Positions 8,902-17,747 of a stretch of 30,281 nt of DNA are shown piece after piece. The translations under genes and the position numbers were made by a program. The notes under the pieces were generated by a model. It was not told the DNA's origin. It saw only the letters and a program-made list of their open reading frames with translations, and made no database searches. The DNA is from a virus. Lineage: Duplodnaviria; Caudoviricetes. Each line of letters begins with the position of its first letter. The stretch's first letter is position 1. The DNA lies in IMG/VR virus record IMGVR_UViG_3300027808_000110, positions 1-30,281 of that record; one strand, 5' to 3'.

Positions 8902-9627
8902 ATGGCTACGATGATACAAGCCAAAACCAAGGATGTAAGGCTATTCGCTGCTGTTGTGGCGATGGGCATTCCTTGGAAACAAGAAACCGGCTCCATCTCT
9001 GGGGGTGAAAGGGCATGGTTATTTGGGGAAGTCAGCGATTGCGGCAAATGGAAGATCAAGGATTTGTTGAAATGGTGGAGGGACAGTAAATTCCACCATT
9101 CAAATCCAACTCATCCATTTAATATCGTAAAAAGCGTGATGGCCTCAGACCGAGGCGTTAAATCAGCCATAACTGCCCACAAAGGCATCGTGCAGCGTTC
9201 TACAGGACTGAGCATGGTTATTGAGCCGAGCGATGGTGTATCGAGCTACGCAAGCCCATTACGCGCAAATGACGACGTGTCATTGATTTCGGCTTTAAGT
9301 GGGTATGGATTCGAGATTAAAGAATGCCAGAATGTCGGGACTATCAGATTGTTCAGCGCATCCGAAAAGACTCAATTTGATGGATCCACATATGAGGCCG
9401 CAATCTCTTGGTGGCGCGATGCTTCATTTGAGAAGAACAATCCACAACATCCGTTTGCTTACGCGAAATCGGCATCAATAACTTATTCTGCGGCAGTTGA
9501 AGCTATCAGAAAAGAAAGACCATTGATAAAATGGAGTCCAAAGGGAGCAACTGGATTTGCATACATCCACCCAGATTGCTCATCAGTAACAGAAAAGAAA
9601 GTTAGTGGATGGCTGAACAATCAATAA
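8902..9627 (+). CDS. Hypothetical protein with a tandem internal duplication
   Basis: WWRDSKFHHSNPTHPF and WWRDASFEKNNPQHPF lie 112 codons apart. Confidence 0.75.
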   Translation: MATMIQAKTKDVRLFAAVVAMGIPWKQETGSISGGERAWLFGEVSDCGKWKIKDLLKWWRDSKFHHSNPTHPFNIVKSVMASDRGVKSAITAHKGIVQRSTGLSMVIEPSDGVSSYASPLRANDDVSLISALSGYGFEIKECQNVGTIRLFSASEKTQFDGSTYEAAISWWRDASFEKNNPQHPFAYAKSASITYSAAVEAIRKERPLIKWSPKGATGFAYIHPDCSSVTEKKVSGWLNNQ

Positions 9628-9631
9628 AAAT

Positions 9632-10018
9632 ATGAAATCAGATAATAGAGACGATAAACTAGAGGAATCATTCATTTGCGGATCCAACAAATACAAGCCG
9701 TATGTTGTGGGCCGCACCAGAGTGCTACGCAAGCTCGGAAACCCGTTTTTCGGTGGCGAACCAGAGAACCCGGATGAATGGGACATGGATCGCAAACTTG
9801 GAACTGCCTGGGTGATCTTCAAAAGCGAATTCAACGCAATCCATAAATTCATGGAGTTGCCAGAACCGCTTATCCAAATCGACAAAATCTGGCTTGAGGA
9901 AATGCATGATAGCGAAAAGGAATCCATCTACAAATGGATCATCAAAGAAGCCGGTTTAACTGAAGCAGCTCAGACCGAGCCTATTCAAGAAACGCGGGGA
10001 AAGCAACAAGCCGAATAA
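9632..10018 (+). CDS. Tail assembly chaperone (gpG equivalent)
   Basis: 128 aa upstream of the tape measure, with the slippery G-GGA-AAG near its end. Confidence 0.8.
   Translation: MKSDNRDDKLEESFICGSNKYKPYVVGRTRVLRKLGNPFFGGEPENPDEWDMDRKLGTAWVIFKSEFNAIHKFMELPEPLIQIDKIWLEEMHDSEKESIYKWIIKEAGLTEAAQTEPIQETRGKQQAE
9997..10003 (+). other. Programmed -1 ribosomal frameshift site GGGAAAG
   Basis: In-frame G GGA AAG (Gly-Lys), the same heptamer as lambda G/T; the -1 frame is open from here to 10275. Confidence 0.85.
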
Positions 10019-10275
10019 AGGGTGATAGACCGAACTGGCTATCTGTATGGTGTCAGACTCTTTATGCGGCAAACGGAATAACAATGCATGATGCAATATG
10101 GGAAATACCAGAACACGTTGGATGGCAAATATTCCATAGTTACGAGCAATCCCAAGGCAACGCAAGAAAGTTCATGCACAAAATAACAAAAAATAAACAA
10201 TCTAACCACGTTTTTGAGTCATTTCGTGATATTGTTATTCCAGATGACGTAGAATCTGATACACTAAGAATATAG
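9997..10275 (+). CDS. Frameshift extension of the tail chaperone (gpT equivalent)
   Basis: The -1 frame reads GKATSRIKGDRPNWLSVWCQTLYAANGIT-MHDAIWEIP... with no stop, joins the called ORF 10084..10275 and ends 2 nt before the tape measure start. Confidence 0.8.
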   Translation, partial: GKATSRIKGDRPNWLSVWCQTLYAANGITMHDAIWEIPEHVGWQIFHSYEQSQGNARKFMHKITKNKQSNHVFESFRDIVIPDDVESDTLRI

Positions 10276-10277
10276 TT

Positions 10278-11645
10278 ATGGCAGATGCAGAGTTTACATT
10301 TAAGGCAACAGGAGCAGAGACAGTAGTCGCGGCTAACAAGCGTATTGAGCAATCGATGCAGCAACAAGCCAAGGCATCAAGCAAATCTGGGTATGCGGTT
10401 CTTGAGGCATCTAGGGCTTTAGAAGACTTTTCTATGGCCGGTATGCGTGGAGCGTTGAACAACATTCCGCAATTGCTGATGAACCTCGGTGTTGGAGCCG
10501 GGTTGACTGGTGTTATCGGTGCTTTGACAATCGTTGTATGGAAAGGAACTGAGTATTTAGACAAATATATAACCAGCCTTAGAGAAGCTAAGTTAGCTGG
10601 ATCCGATATAGGTATTTCGCAATTTAACGCTGAATCTATAAAAGAAGCGTTTGGTGAAGAAGCGGTTAAAAAAGCAAAGCAAATGCTTCTTGTTTTGGAC
10701 GAAATGGCTAGGGCGCAAGAAAGGCTTAACAATCTCACCCAAATCTATACAAGCGAAACATTGGCGGGTAATGAGTTGAATCACGCTCAAGAAATGCTAA
10801 ATCTGACAAGGAACAGAGCAACCGAAGAGCAAAAAGGAAGGGCCGAGCTAGAATATAAAATTAAACTGGCTGAGGAAGAGGCTAGCATGGTTCAAAATAA
10901 GGCCGATGTCGAAAAAGCAAGCCTTGAGGATATAAAGCGCAAAAAAGAAGAGCAGCAAAAAATTATACAAAAAGCTGATAGACTTGAGTTAGACGCTATA
11001 AACAAAAAAGTCCGCTTGAAATATGTAGAGTATAGTCAAAAATTGATGGCTGCTCCACGCAAAAGACTTGAAGAGGAAGGCTATCTTAAACCCGGATTAT
11101 TCAGAAAAGATAAATTGGACGATTACGATAAAGTTCAATTGACTGTTGCTGCTGGGAAATTAGCCAATAAATATAGAGATGACTTGCTTAAAGAAAGAGG
11201 TTTGACCGGCAAAGATATTGAAGATCAACTTAAAAAAGCATTGATCGCTGAAGAGGAAATTAAAATACTTGATGAGAAAATCAAGAGGCAAGAAGAGTTA
11301 ATTAAAATAGCTGAGGACAATGCTGAGTCAGCGAAGAAAGTATTGGAATATGATGTCGAAAGACTAAAACTTTTAGAGGAAAGGGCTAATCTTGAGCGTC
11401 AACAAAAGCAAGAAGACGAAGATAAAAAGAAAGCTGAAGAGGAAAATAAGAAACAAATGGCAGAATTGATGAAGGAACGAGGACTTGATGTTAGCTCCTT
11501 CCTGTCAAATCAAGCTCGTGTTGGACTTGGTGGCAATGAAGCTAAAACAGCAATGGATACATTAAGTGTATCTAAACAACAACTTGCACAATTAAAAGAA
11601 ATCGCAAGAAACACAAAGCACGGAAAAAGAACCGCATATAACTAA
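10278..11645 (+). CDS. Tape measure protein
   Basis: 455 aa; ALEDF...GALNNIPQL N-terminal motif, one hydrophobic segment, long Glu/Lys coiled coil; follows the frameshifted chaperone. Confidence 0.8.
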   Translation: MADAEFTFKATGAETVVAANKRIEQSMQQQAKASSKSGYAVLEASRALEDFSMAGMRGALNNIPQLLMNLGVGAGLTGVIGALTIVVWKGTEYLDKYITSLREAKLAGSDIGISQFNAESIKEAFGEEAVKKAKQMLLVLDEMARAQERLNNLTQIYTSETLAGNELNHAQEMLNLTRNRATEEQKGRAELEYKIKLAEEEASMVQNKADVEKASLEDIKRKKEEQQKIIQKADRLELDAINKKVRLKYVEYSQKLMAAPRKRLEEEGYLKPGLFRKDKLDDYDKVQLTVAAGKLANKYRDDLLKERGLTGKDIEDQLKKALIAEEEIKILDEKIKRQEELIKIAEDNAESAKKVLEYDVERLKLLEERANLERQQKQEDEDKKKAEEENKKQMAELMKERGLDVSSFLSNQARVGLGGNEAKTAMDTLSVSKQQLAQLKEIARNTKHGKRTAYN

Positions 11646-12556
11646 TGAGCGCAATTAAATATGGATTATCAACAAGTAGTATCAGATGGGAGCCAGCTGA
11701 TAGCGATTTGCAAATCAATAATACCGGTGGAGTAGTTATAAATGTTACTGGGACTATTGATTGTGATGATGGAAGTTTTGCTTTATCAGAAGCAATTACA
11801 TTGATTCCCGATCAATTACCTATTTCTAATGATGGCCCAATAGGAAACAGCACAGATTATAGCGAAGCTAAATTAACAGATTCTGGAGCTAGATATCTTG
11901 GTGATGGCACAATTCAGATTACCGCTACTTATGAGATCGCCGAGCAAACAGGAATCCAGCCTGGGGCGGATCCATTGACAGAAACAGCAGATACAGATAG
12001 GGCAATTAGAAGCATTGTAGCCGAAGAAGTCCCGATTTTAGCTCATCCAGTAGTTAGAGAATTTCCTGCCGCAGAAAGATCGCGTTTAGCATCATTGTTG
12101 GCTGGAGACGTTCAACCAAACCCAAGGTATAATCCAGATGGGTCTGGAAGTGAGCTGTGGGAGTTTAGGCAATATACAGAAGATGGAAACGATTTTGAAG
12201 AGGTAATATTTAGCGATACTGAATACACAACCGAAGATGAAATCACTTCATCTCCGTTAAATTATGCAAGATTGATTGCCATTGGTATTACATCTTATCG
12301 CAGACCGATGGTTAGGCACACTATTACTCGGCAAAGAAATGAACCTGTTTCAAATAACGTATTAAGCAAAGTCGGAGAAGCACTTGATATTACGCCAGCA
12401 CTTGCTCCAGACTTGCAAGGTGGACAATGGTTTTTCAATGGTGTCAATGATTCCACGTCTAATGGCATTTTATGGACATCGCAATTTGAATTTGAATATA
12501 CTGCTAGTGGTGGTGCATTAAAGGACATTTATAAAGGTGGAGAAGCTGAAGTATAA
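11645..12556 (+). CDS. Putative tail tip/distal tail protein
   Basis: 303 aa acidic protein coupled to the tape measure (TAATG); contains a PILAHP motif. Confidence 0.55.
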   Translation: MSAIKYGLSTSSIRWEPADSDLQINNTGGVVINVTGTIDCDDGSFALSEAITLIPDQLPISNDGPIGNSTDYSEAKLTDSGARYLGDGTIQITATYEIAEQTGIQPGADPLTETADTDRAIRSIVAEEVPILAHPVVREFPAAERSRLASLLAGDVQPNPRYNPDGSGSELWEFRQYTEDGNDFEEVIFSDTEYTTEDEITSSPLNYARLIAIGITSYRRPMVRHTITRQRNEPVSNNVLSKVGEALDITPALAPDLQGGQWFFNGVNDSTSNGILWTSQFEFEYTASGGALKDIYKGGEAEV

Positions 12557-12558
12557 TT

Positions 12559-13050
12559 ATGAAACAATTTACGAGTCCTGTTAAACCTCAAGTTGGTCAT
12601 GCAATTAAGGCTGATCATATGCAAAACCACGCTAGAGCAATTGAAGAGTTGCAAAGGGCATTGCAGCCTATAAAACCATCCAAAAAAAGAATGTTTTTTA
12701 AGCGATTGCCGTTTGAGGTTACTGCAAGTGATTCATTACAAGCTGCTCCGGGAGTCTTCTGCGATACAGAATTCGATACAACTATTGAATCAACACCACT
12801 TGATGGTGATTGGTATTTTCAAGGATTGCTTGTTATTGATGACACAACTGGATCAGTCGTGTCGGCTACCGTTGAATGGAGTCAGACTGAAGGTGTAGAT
12901 ACAACAACTGACTTTTACACTACTATTGCGACTGTATATGTTGACAATACAACTCCAACTCCGCCATACATTGTGCAATATAATTATGGAACGATTGTTG
13001 GGATCGTTCATGGTTCTACTGATCAAGTTTGGAATGTTACGTTTTTCTAA
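12559..13050 (+). CDS. Putative tail tip protein
   Basis: 163 aa, Thr/Asp-rich and beta-rich, in the tail module. Confidence 0.5.
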   Translation: MKQFTSPVKPQVGHAIKADHMQNHARAIEELQRALQPIKPSKKRMFFKRLPFEVTASDSLQAAPGVFCDTEFDTTIESTPLDGDWYFQGLLVIDDTTGSVVSATVEWSQTEGVDTTTDFYTTIATVYVDNTTPTPPYIVQYNYGTIVGIVHGSTDQVWNVTFF

Positions 13051-13754
13051 TGGTCGAAGAGTATTTAGCTATAATTAAGCAAAAAAAGCATGATTTACAT
13101 GACTTTTTACAAGGCTATTGGAATCATCCTCACAGATTAACAGAAATATCTTTGTCTGGATATCTTACTCAAATCGAAGATGGAAGGGATTTTACTGGAG
13201 CTGGAACATCGGCATTTGTAGACACATATGATTACACAGGATCATTATTCCCAGTCATAACTCGTAAATTTTATGACAACGAACCATTTAAAAGTTTTGC
13301 TGGCCCAGAACCATCAAAAGGTGAAATTACTATTTCTCAAGATTGCCTTTACGGATGGAGGATGATTTCAAATCAAGGACTTGAAAATGATCCAGTTACA
13401 GTTGGAACTTTTACACGGGAAAGCTATACCCGTGCAACAATTGGAAGTCCTTGGGTATTAGGTAGCACGACAAGTTATGATCTTATAGGAAACCTTATTT
13501 GTTTACCAAACAACGGTGGAGACGTAGTAAGTGGAGGTAGAGGGGCTGACGTTGATTCAAGCAAAGCAGATATATTGATTGATATTTCAATCATGGGGCT
13601 TTTTACGACTATTGGACGCTTTCCTTGGAATGACCCTTGGGCTTCGGAAACTGATGCTTTTACTGATTTCCTAAATGATTGGATAGCAAACGGTAATGCT
13701 GCATACGGAGCTGGGTTTTCCGGTTCGTGTTCTATGTCGCTGGATTTTTCGTGA
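13050..13754 (+). CDS. Putative virion/tail protein
   Basis: ATG at 13050 overlaps the previous stop (TAATG) and is preferred to the TTG at 13029; 234 aa. Confidence 0.5.
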   Translation: MVEEYLAIIKQKKHDLHDFLQGYWNHPHRLTEISLSGYLTQIEDGRDFTGAGTSAFVDTYDYTGSLFPVITRKFYDNEPFKSFAGPEPSKGEITISQDCLYGWRMISNQGLENDPVTVGTFTRESYTRATIGSPWVLGSTTSYDLIGNLICLPNNGGDVVSGGRGADVDSSKADILIDISIMGLFTTIGRFPWNDPWASETDAFTDFLNDWIANGNAAYGAGFSGSCSMSLDFS

Positions 13755-13778
13755 TTGCCTAAATTCGCATATTTATCC

Positions 13779-13807
13779 TTGCCTAAATCGCCAGAATAAT
13801 CTAACAG
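13779..13807 (+). promoter_or_regulatory. Putative late promoter for the tail fibre operon
   Basis: TTGCCT-17 nt-TAACAG, ATG at 13815; TTGCCTAAAT also occurs at 13755. Confidence 0.5.
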
Positions 13808-13814
13808 TCTCCAT

Positions 13815-14309
13815 ATGGGAGTCATTTCAAACGCAAGATTAACTTACGGGCTTTCAGCCTCTGGGACTCATACTGGAACTAACCAGACCGGCAGCATTAT
13901 CGTCGGCAAACCCCAGACAACCAAGAATTTCCTCACGGCCGACATTGCTTACGCTTTCTCGGTTACGAGCGATGACGCAGCCGATGTCGCCACTTTGACC
14001 ATTTCAACTGGCGTGGTCGCACAAACCACGGGTGTTCCGATTATCGCTGACGGGGACGGCAATGATTTCGAGGGTGACGCTCTTACTCCAATCGTGACCG
14101 CTTACGCCATGCTTGTTGAGCCTATTGGCACAACTACTGGTACAATGGCAGTTTCAAGCTCTGTCACAAGCAACGGCATAGGCAAGACGTTTGCGGCCGG
14201 ATCGACCACTCCATTGCTTTGCCAAATCCCATCGACTGGGACTATTTCTTTCACATTCTCACAAGCTGCCGATAGCTACAAAGTAACCGTTTTAGGAAAA
14301 TCCTCTTAA
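13815..14309 (+). CDS. Putative virion structural protein
   Basis: 164 aa, very Thr/Gly/Ser/Ala-rich and beta-rich. Confidence 0.55.
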   Translation: MGVISNARLTYGLSASGTHTGTNQTGSIIVGKPQTTKNFLTADIAYAFSVTSDDAADVATLTISTGVVAQTTGVPIIADGDGNDFEGDALTPIVTAYAMLVEPIGTTTGTMAVSSSVTSNGIGKTFAAGSTTPLLCQIPSTGTISFTFSQAADSYKVTVLGKSS

Positions 14310-14310
14310 C

Positions 14311-14673
14311 ATGGCAATAAATCTTCAGCCACTAACCTGGCATTGGGAGCCGGTTCCTAAAGGTGACACCTACCCTGCTGCAATCATCACCGAAACATTG
14401 AGTGATGCTGATCTCGTTCGTGTGAAAATAGAGATCAAAGCAAACGGCAACACCACGTCATCCTTGGTTCTTGATAGCGATGACACGGGAATTGTTATCA
14501 CCAGTAGTGCTGCTGGGTCATGGGCATTTACTATCGAGGAGATATCTGCCACAACGACAGACGCACTCGATGAGCAGTATTACGCCTATCAATTGAAAAC
14601 CACGGACGCGAATGGAGTCGTAAGAACTGAGTTTCAAGGCACATGGGAAGTGACTCCGCAAATACCTGTTTAA
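14311..14673 (+). CDS. BppU N-terminal-like (Ig-like) fibre anchoring protein
   Basis: KGDT near the N-terminus, T-x-x-L...Y-x-Y-x-L...G-V-V-R-T-x-x-x-G-x-x-x-V pattern typical of BppU-N-like domains; precedes the tail fibre. Confidence 0.6.
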   Translation: MAINLQPLTWHWEPVPKGDTYPAAIITETLSDADLVRVKIEIKANGNTTSSLVLDSDDTGIVITSSAAGSWAFTIEEISATTTDALDEQYYAYQLKTTDANGVVRTEFQGTWEVTPQIPV

Positions 14674-14674
14674 T

Positions 14675-16798
14675 ATGGCAAAGAATTTTACAATCGAACA
14701 AGATTCTCCCACTAAGAATTTTACAATCACCCAAGATGGGGTGACGAAAAATTTTACTATTGCTACCGGAGTCGGGCCGGCTGGGACATCCGCCACAGTT
14801 GATCAAACGATCATCGACGGCAGCACCAACGCCGTGTCTGGCAATGCTGTATTCGATGGACTCGCACTTAAGGCGCCGATTGCCAACCCTACATTCACCG
14901 GCATCGTCACAGCTCCAAGGATTACAGGTCGATGCGATGGATTGGAAGTATTTTGCAAAGCCGGACTTGCGATCAATGCCGGGCAGGTTGTCTATGTAAC
15001 CGGCGCATCTGGCAGCAATATCATCATTGGGCTTGCACAGGCCAACGCAGAGCCGACATCCAGCAAAACAATCGGCATCAGCGAATCAACCCTTGCTCAC
15101 AACGCTACCGGCTACGCGATCACGGAAGGACTGATGACTGTCAGCATCTCGGCACCGTCTGCTATCGAAGGCGATCCGATCTGGCTATCCTCGACAACCG
15201 CTGGCGGCATGGTATTCGGACTTGCCAACAAGCCATCCGCACCGAATCACATCGTTTATCTCGGAGTCGTCACACGCAAGACCGGGAACACAGTTGTTGA
15301 AATCTACGTTAAGATCCAGAACGGCGCCGAACTCGATGAGTTGGCCGATGTAGCCATCACAAGTCCAGTCGCAGGGCAAGCGTTGATGCGCGGTGCATCT
15401 CTCTGGGAAAATCGCAGTCTTGTCAGCGCGGACATTACTGATGCGACCGCAAGCGCTACTCCAAGCACAATCGTAAAACGTAACGCGCAAGGCGGAGCAG
15501 AATTTGCAGGCACAAGCTCGATAGCAGTTTCAGTAACTTCTACTGCTGCCACAGCGGTCAATGCTATTTCAACGAATAGTACCGCAGTTTATGGAGAATC
15601 AGGACCATCTGAAGGTGGTTTCTTCGCATCTGCTACTGGAACAGGTTTGGTAGGTTTCACAGACTCTGGCGACTATCACGCAAAGTTTGGAAACACATCC
15701 GGAGACAATCGTTCGTTCGTCGCAAGAGTAAGCGGAGCATTTGGATGGTGGAGAGGTGCATTTCGTGGGTTTCTGCAAGCTCCTGCCTCTATCACGTCTA
15801 GCGATAAGACTTGGACTCTGCCAAACAACACCGGCACGGTCGCGCTGACGACCGACGAGATGACTCCGACCGCAGCCGGACTGACCAGCAAGTTTGGAAC
15901 GAACAAGGCGACAATCGTCAACGGTGACAAGGTGACAATACTTGACAGCGCGGCATCAGACGCACCGAAGCACGTCCTCTGGTCGCTGATCGTATCGACT
16001 TTGACCACGGCATTCAACGCGCTCTACGTCGGGCTGACGGGTAACCAAACAGTGGCAGGTAACAAGACGCTATCTGGACAACTTGAGCTTACCGGTCAAG
16101 CAGCAACCAATACGACAAGCGCAATGAATCGGGGTTTAGTGCGCGGCGAAAATCTGCAAAACCTATGGCTGCCGATAAGTTGGAACGCGCCGACTGGAAC
16201 AGCCAACACGAGCGGATCAACGGTCGGACTTTCCGTAACTCTAGTCTCGTCTTCTACCTCATTATCAGGAAATAACCGAATCTGTACCATTGCCCAAAAC
16301 TACCTAAACAGGCACGGGAGCGGAGCAAACCAGCGAATGTCTGGGGCTAAATGGAGCGCGATGTTTGATCTTACTTTTGAAGGACCCAGAAACAACGAAA
16401 TCCGCCTCCTTTTCGGCGTGGCTGCAGCAACGCTGGATATTAACTCCGTCGCTGGGCTAGGTCTGGTTGTCCTGCCAAACAGCACTAACGCAAAACTGCA
16501 AATCCATAATGGTTCAAGCCTATTAGAATCCGCCAATTTTTCTTTGACTAGCTCCTCATTACGCAGGATTTTACTAACGTGGGACGGCTCTACCTTTAGC
16601 TGCTATTTAGCTTCTCATACTGATACTGCGGAGGCTCCTAGGTTTGCGCTCGTCCAGAATCTAATTGGAGCATCTCTCCCTACTACGTCTTCAGGAACAT
16701 CTTGGAATATGGTGATTCAGGCGACGGATGTAAACACATTAATCGCAGCATTATATTTACGAGCTGCTCAATTTTGCCCTTATGTAGTAGTCCCATAA
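14675..16798 (+). CDS. Tail fibre/receptor-binding protein
   Basis: 707 aa, Gly/Ser/Thr/Ala-rich; KAPIANPTFTG, LDELADVAI, TWTLPNNTGTVAL and GNQTVAGNKTLSG fibre motifs; beta-sandwich-like C-terminus. Confidence 0.85.
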   Translation: MAKNFTIEQDSPTKNFTITQDGVTKNFTIATGVGPAGTSATVDQTIIDGSTNAVSGNAVFDGLALKAPIANPTFTGIVTAPRITGRCDGLEVFCKAGLAINAGQVVYVTGASGSNIIIGLAQANAEPTSSKTIGISESTLAHNATGYAITEGLMTVSISAPSAIEGDPIWLSSTTAGGMVFGLANKPSAPNHIVYLGVVTRKTGNTVVEIYVKIQNGAELDELADVAITSPVAGQALMRGASLWENRSLVSADITDATASATPSTIVKRNAQGGAEFAGTSSIAVSVTSTAATAVNAISTNSTAVYGESGPSEGGFFASATGTGLVGFTDSGDYHAKFGNTSGDNRSFVARVSGAFGWWRGAFRGFLQAPASITSSDKTWTLPNNTGTVALTTDEMTPTAAGLTSKFGTNKATIVNGDKVTILDSAASDAPKHVLWSLIVSTLTTAFNALYVGLTGNQTVAGNKTLSGQLELTGQAATNTTSAMNRGLVRGENLQNLWLPISWNAPTGTANTSGSTVGLSVTLVSSSTSLSGNNRICTIAQNYLNRHGSGANQRMSGAKWSAMFDLTFEGPRNNEIRLLFGVAAATLDINSVAGLGLVVLPNSTNAKLQIHNGSSLLESANFSLTSSSLRRILLTWDGSTFSCYLASHTDTAEAPRFALVQNLIGASLPTTSSGTSWNMVIQATDVNTLIAALYLRAAQFCPYVVVP

Positions 16799-16809
16799 TT
16801 CAAACCACC

Positions 16810-17136
16810 ATGTCACTCATCCAAAAATCCACCGCCGAGAAACTAGCCAACGAGATTGACTCGATCAATACCGAGGCGATCAGTTTCATCAAATCCATGA
16901 TGTCCAACGCTTTTGCCAAGGCAAACACCGCAGGCGAGCAGCAAGCGATTATGGACGTATTCGGAACGAACGCCGTCAACGCGCTCACAGTCTATTCGAC
17001 CTTCCACGCGGCACTCAGCGCACTAGGTCAAGCCGAGGGATTGGATGTGCCGAATCTTGCAGTGTTCACGCCTCAATCAGACGGCAAGGTGATCTTCGTC
17101 GCGCCACCTGAACCAGAGCCAGAATCAATCTCATGA
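16810..17136 (+). CDS. Hypothetical protein after the fibre (possible fibre chaperone or accessory)
   Basis: ATG 16810 (MSLIQK), 108 aa, helical, PPEPEPE tail; ATGA overlap with the next gene. Confidence 0.6.
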   Translation: MSLIQKSTAEKLANEIDSINTEAISFIKSMMSNAFAKANTAGEQQAIMDVFGTNAVNALTVYSTFHAALSALGQAEGLDVPNLAVFTPQSDGKVIFVAPPEPEPESIS

Positions 17137-17315
17137 ACGAACACAGCACAGCTTACAATCTTCTCAATGGACTTGTCGGATCGGCAGCATCCGCACTCGG
17201 AGTGGTGACTCAATTCCAGGAACAGCTCGACTGGGCATTGAAAACGACTTCAACATCTTTGCTGATCTGTGTTTCGCTTGTGACGCTTTACAATTTACTC
17301 AAAAAGAAAAAGTGA
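17133..17315 (+). CDS. Holin-like membrane protein
   Basis: 60 aa, two hydrophobic segments and a KKKK C-terminus, near the endolysin. Confidence 0.55.
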   Translation: MNEHSTAYNLLNGLVGSAASALGVVTQFQEQLDWALKTTSTSLLICVSLVTLYNLLKKKK

Positions 17316-17710
17316 CCGATTGCTTTCCAGACGTGGCGCAGTTTAGCGATGCCGGTATGCGAGGTGATTCTCGCATCTTCCAGCTTACTGCCAATTTCCG
17401 TTATCACTCATCTGTCGGAACAATTACTGTTCGCAAAGGTTTTTACACGGATGGCGGGAGTGTGCCTCGTATTTTCTGGTCTTTGCTAGATCCTTGGTCA
17501 AAATTCTTCTCCGCAGCATTGGTGCATGACTGGATATACTCCAAAGATTCCACCGCAGCATTCCCAGTCGCAGGCCGCAAAGAAGCTGATTTGATATTCA
17601 AGGAAGCCATGTTTAACGCCGGTGTTGGCTGGATTACGCGGGAAACCGTATATCGGGCAGTCAGACTAGGCGGATGGGCCAGTTACAAGAAGAAGTATTC
17701 CAACGAATAG
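17312..17710 (+). CDS. DUF1353 family protein
   Basis: ITVRKGFYTDGGSVPR, AALVHDWIY, EADLIFKEAM and YRAVRLGG match the DUF1353 pattern. Confidence 0.88.
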   Translation: MTDCFPDVAQFSDAGMRGDSRIFQLTANFRYHSSVGTITVRKGFYTDGGSVPRIFWSLLDPWSKFFSAALVHDWIYSKDSTAAFPVAGRKEADLIFKEAMFNAGVGWITRETVYRAVRLGGWASYKKKYSNE

Positions 17711-17711
17711 T

Positions 17712-17740
17712 TTGACATACGGCTAAATCCTAGCTAAACC
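17712..17740 (+). promoter_or_regulatory. Putative promoter for the amidase operon
   Basis: TTGACA (17712-17717), 17 nt, TAAACC (17735-17740); ATG at 17748. Confidence 0.55.
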
Positions 17741-17747
17741 CAATCTA

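Noticed and set aside
14675-17136. Diversity-generating retroelement acting on the tail fibre
   Set aside because: No reverse transcriptase and no adenine-mismatched TR/VR repeat pair seen in the window.
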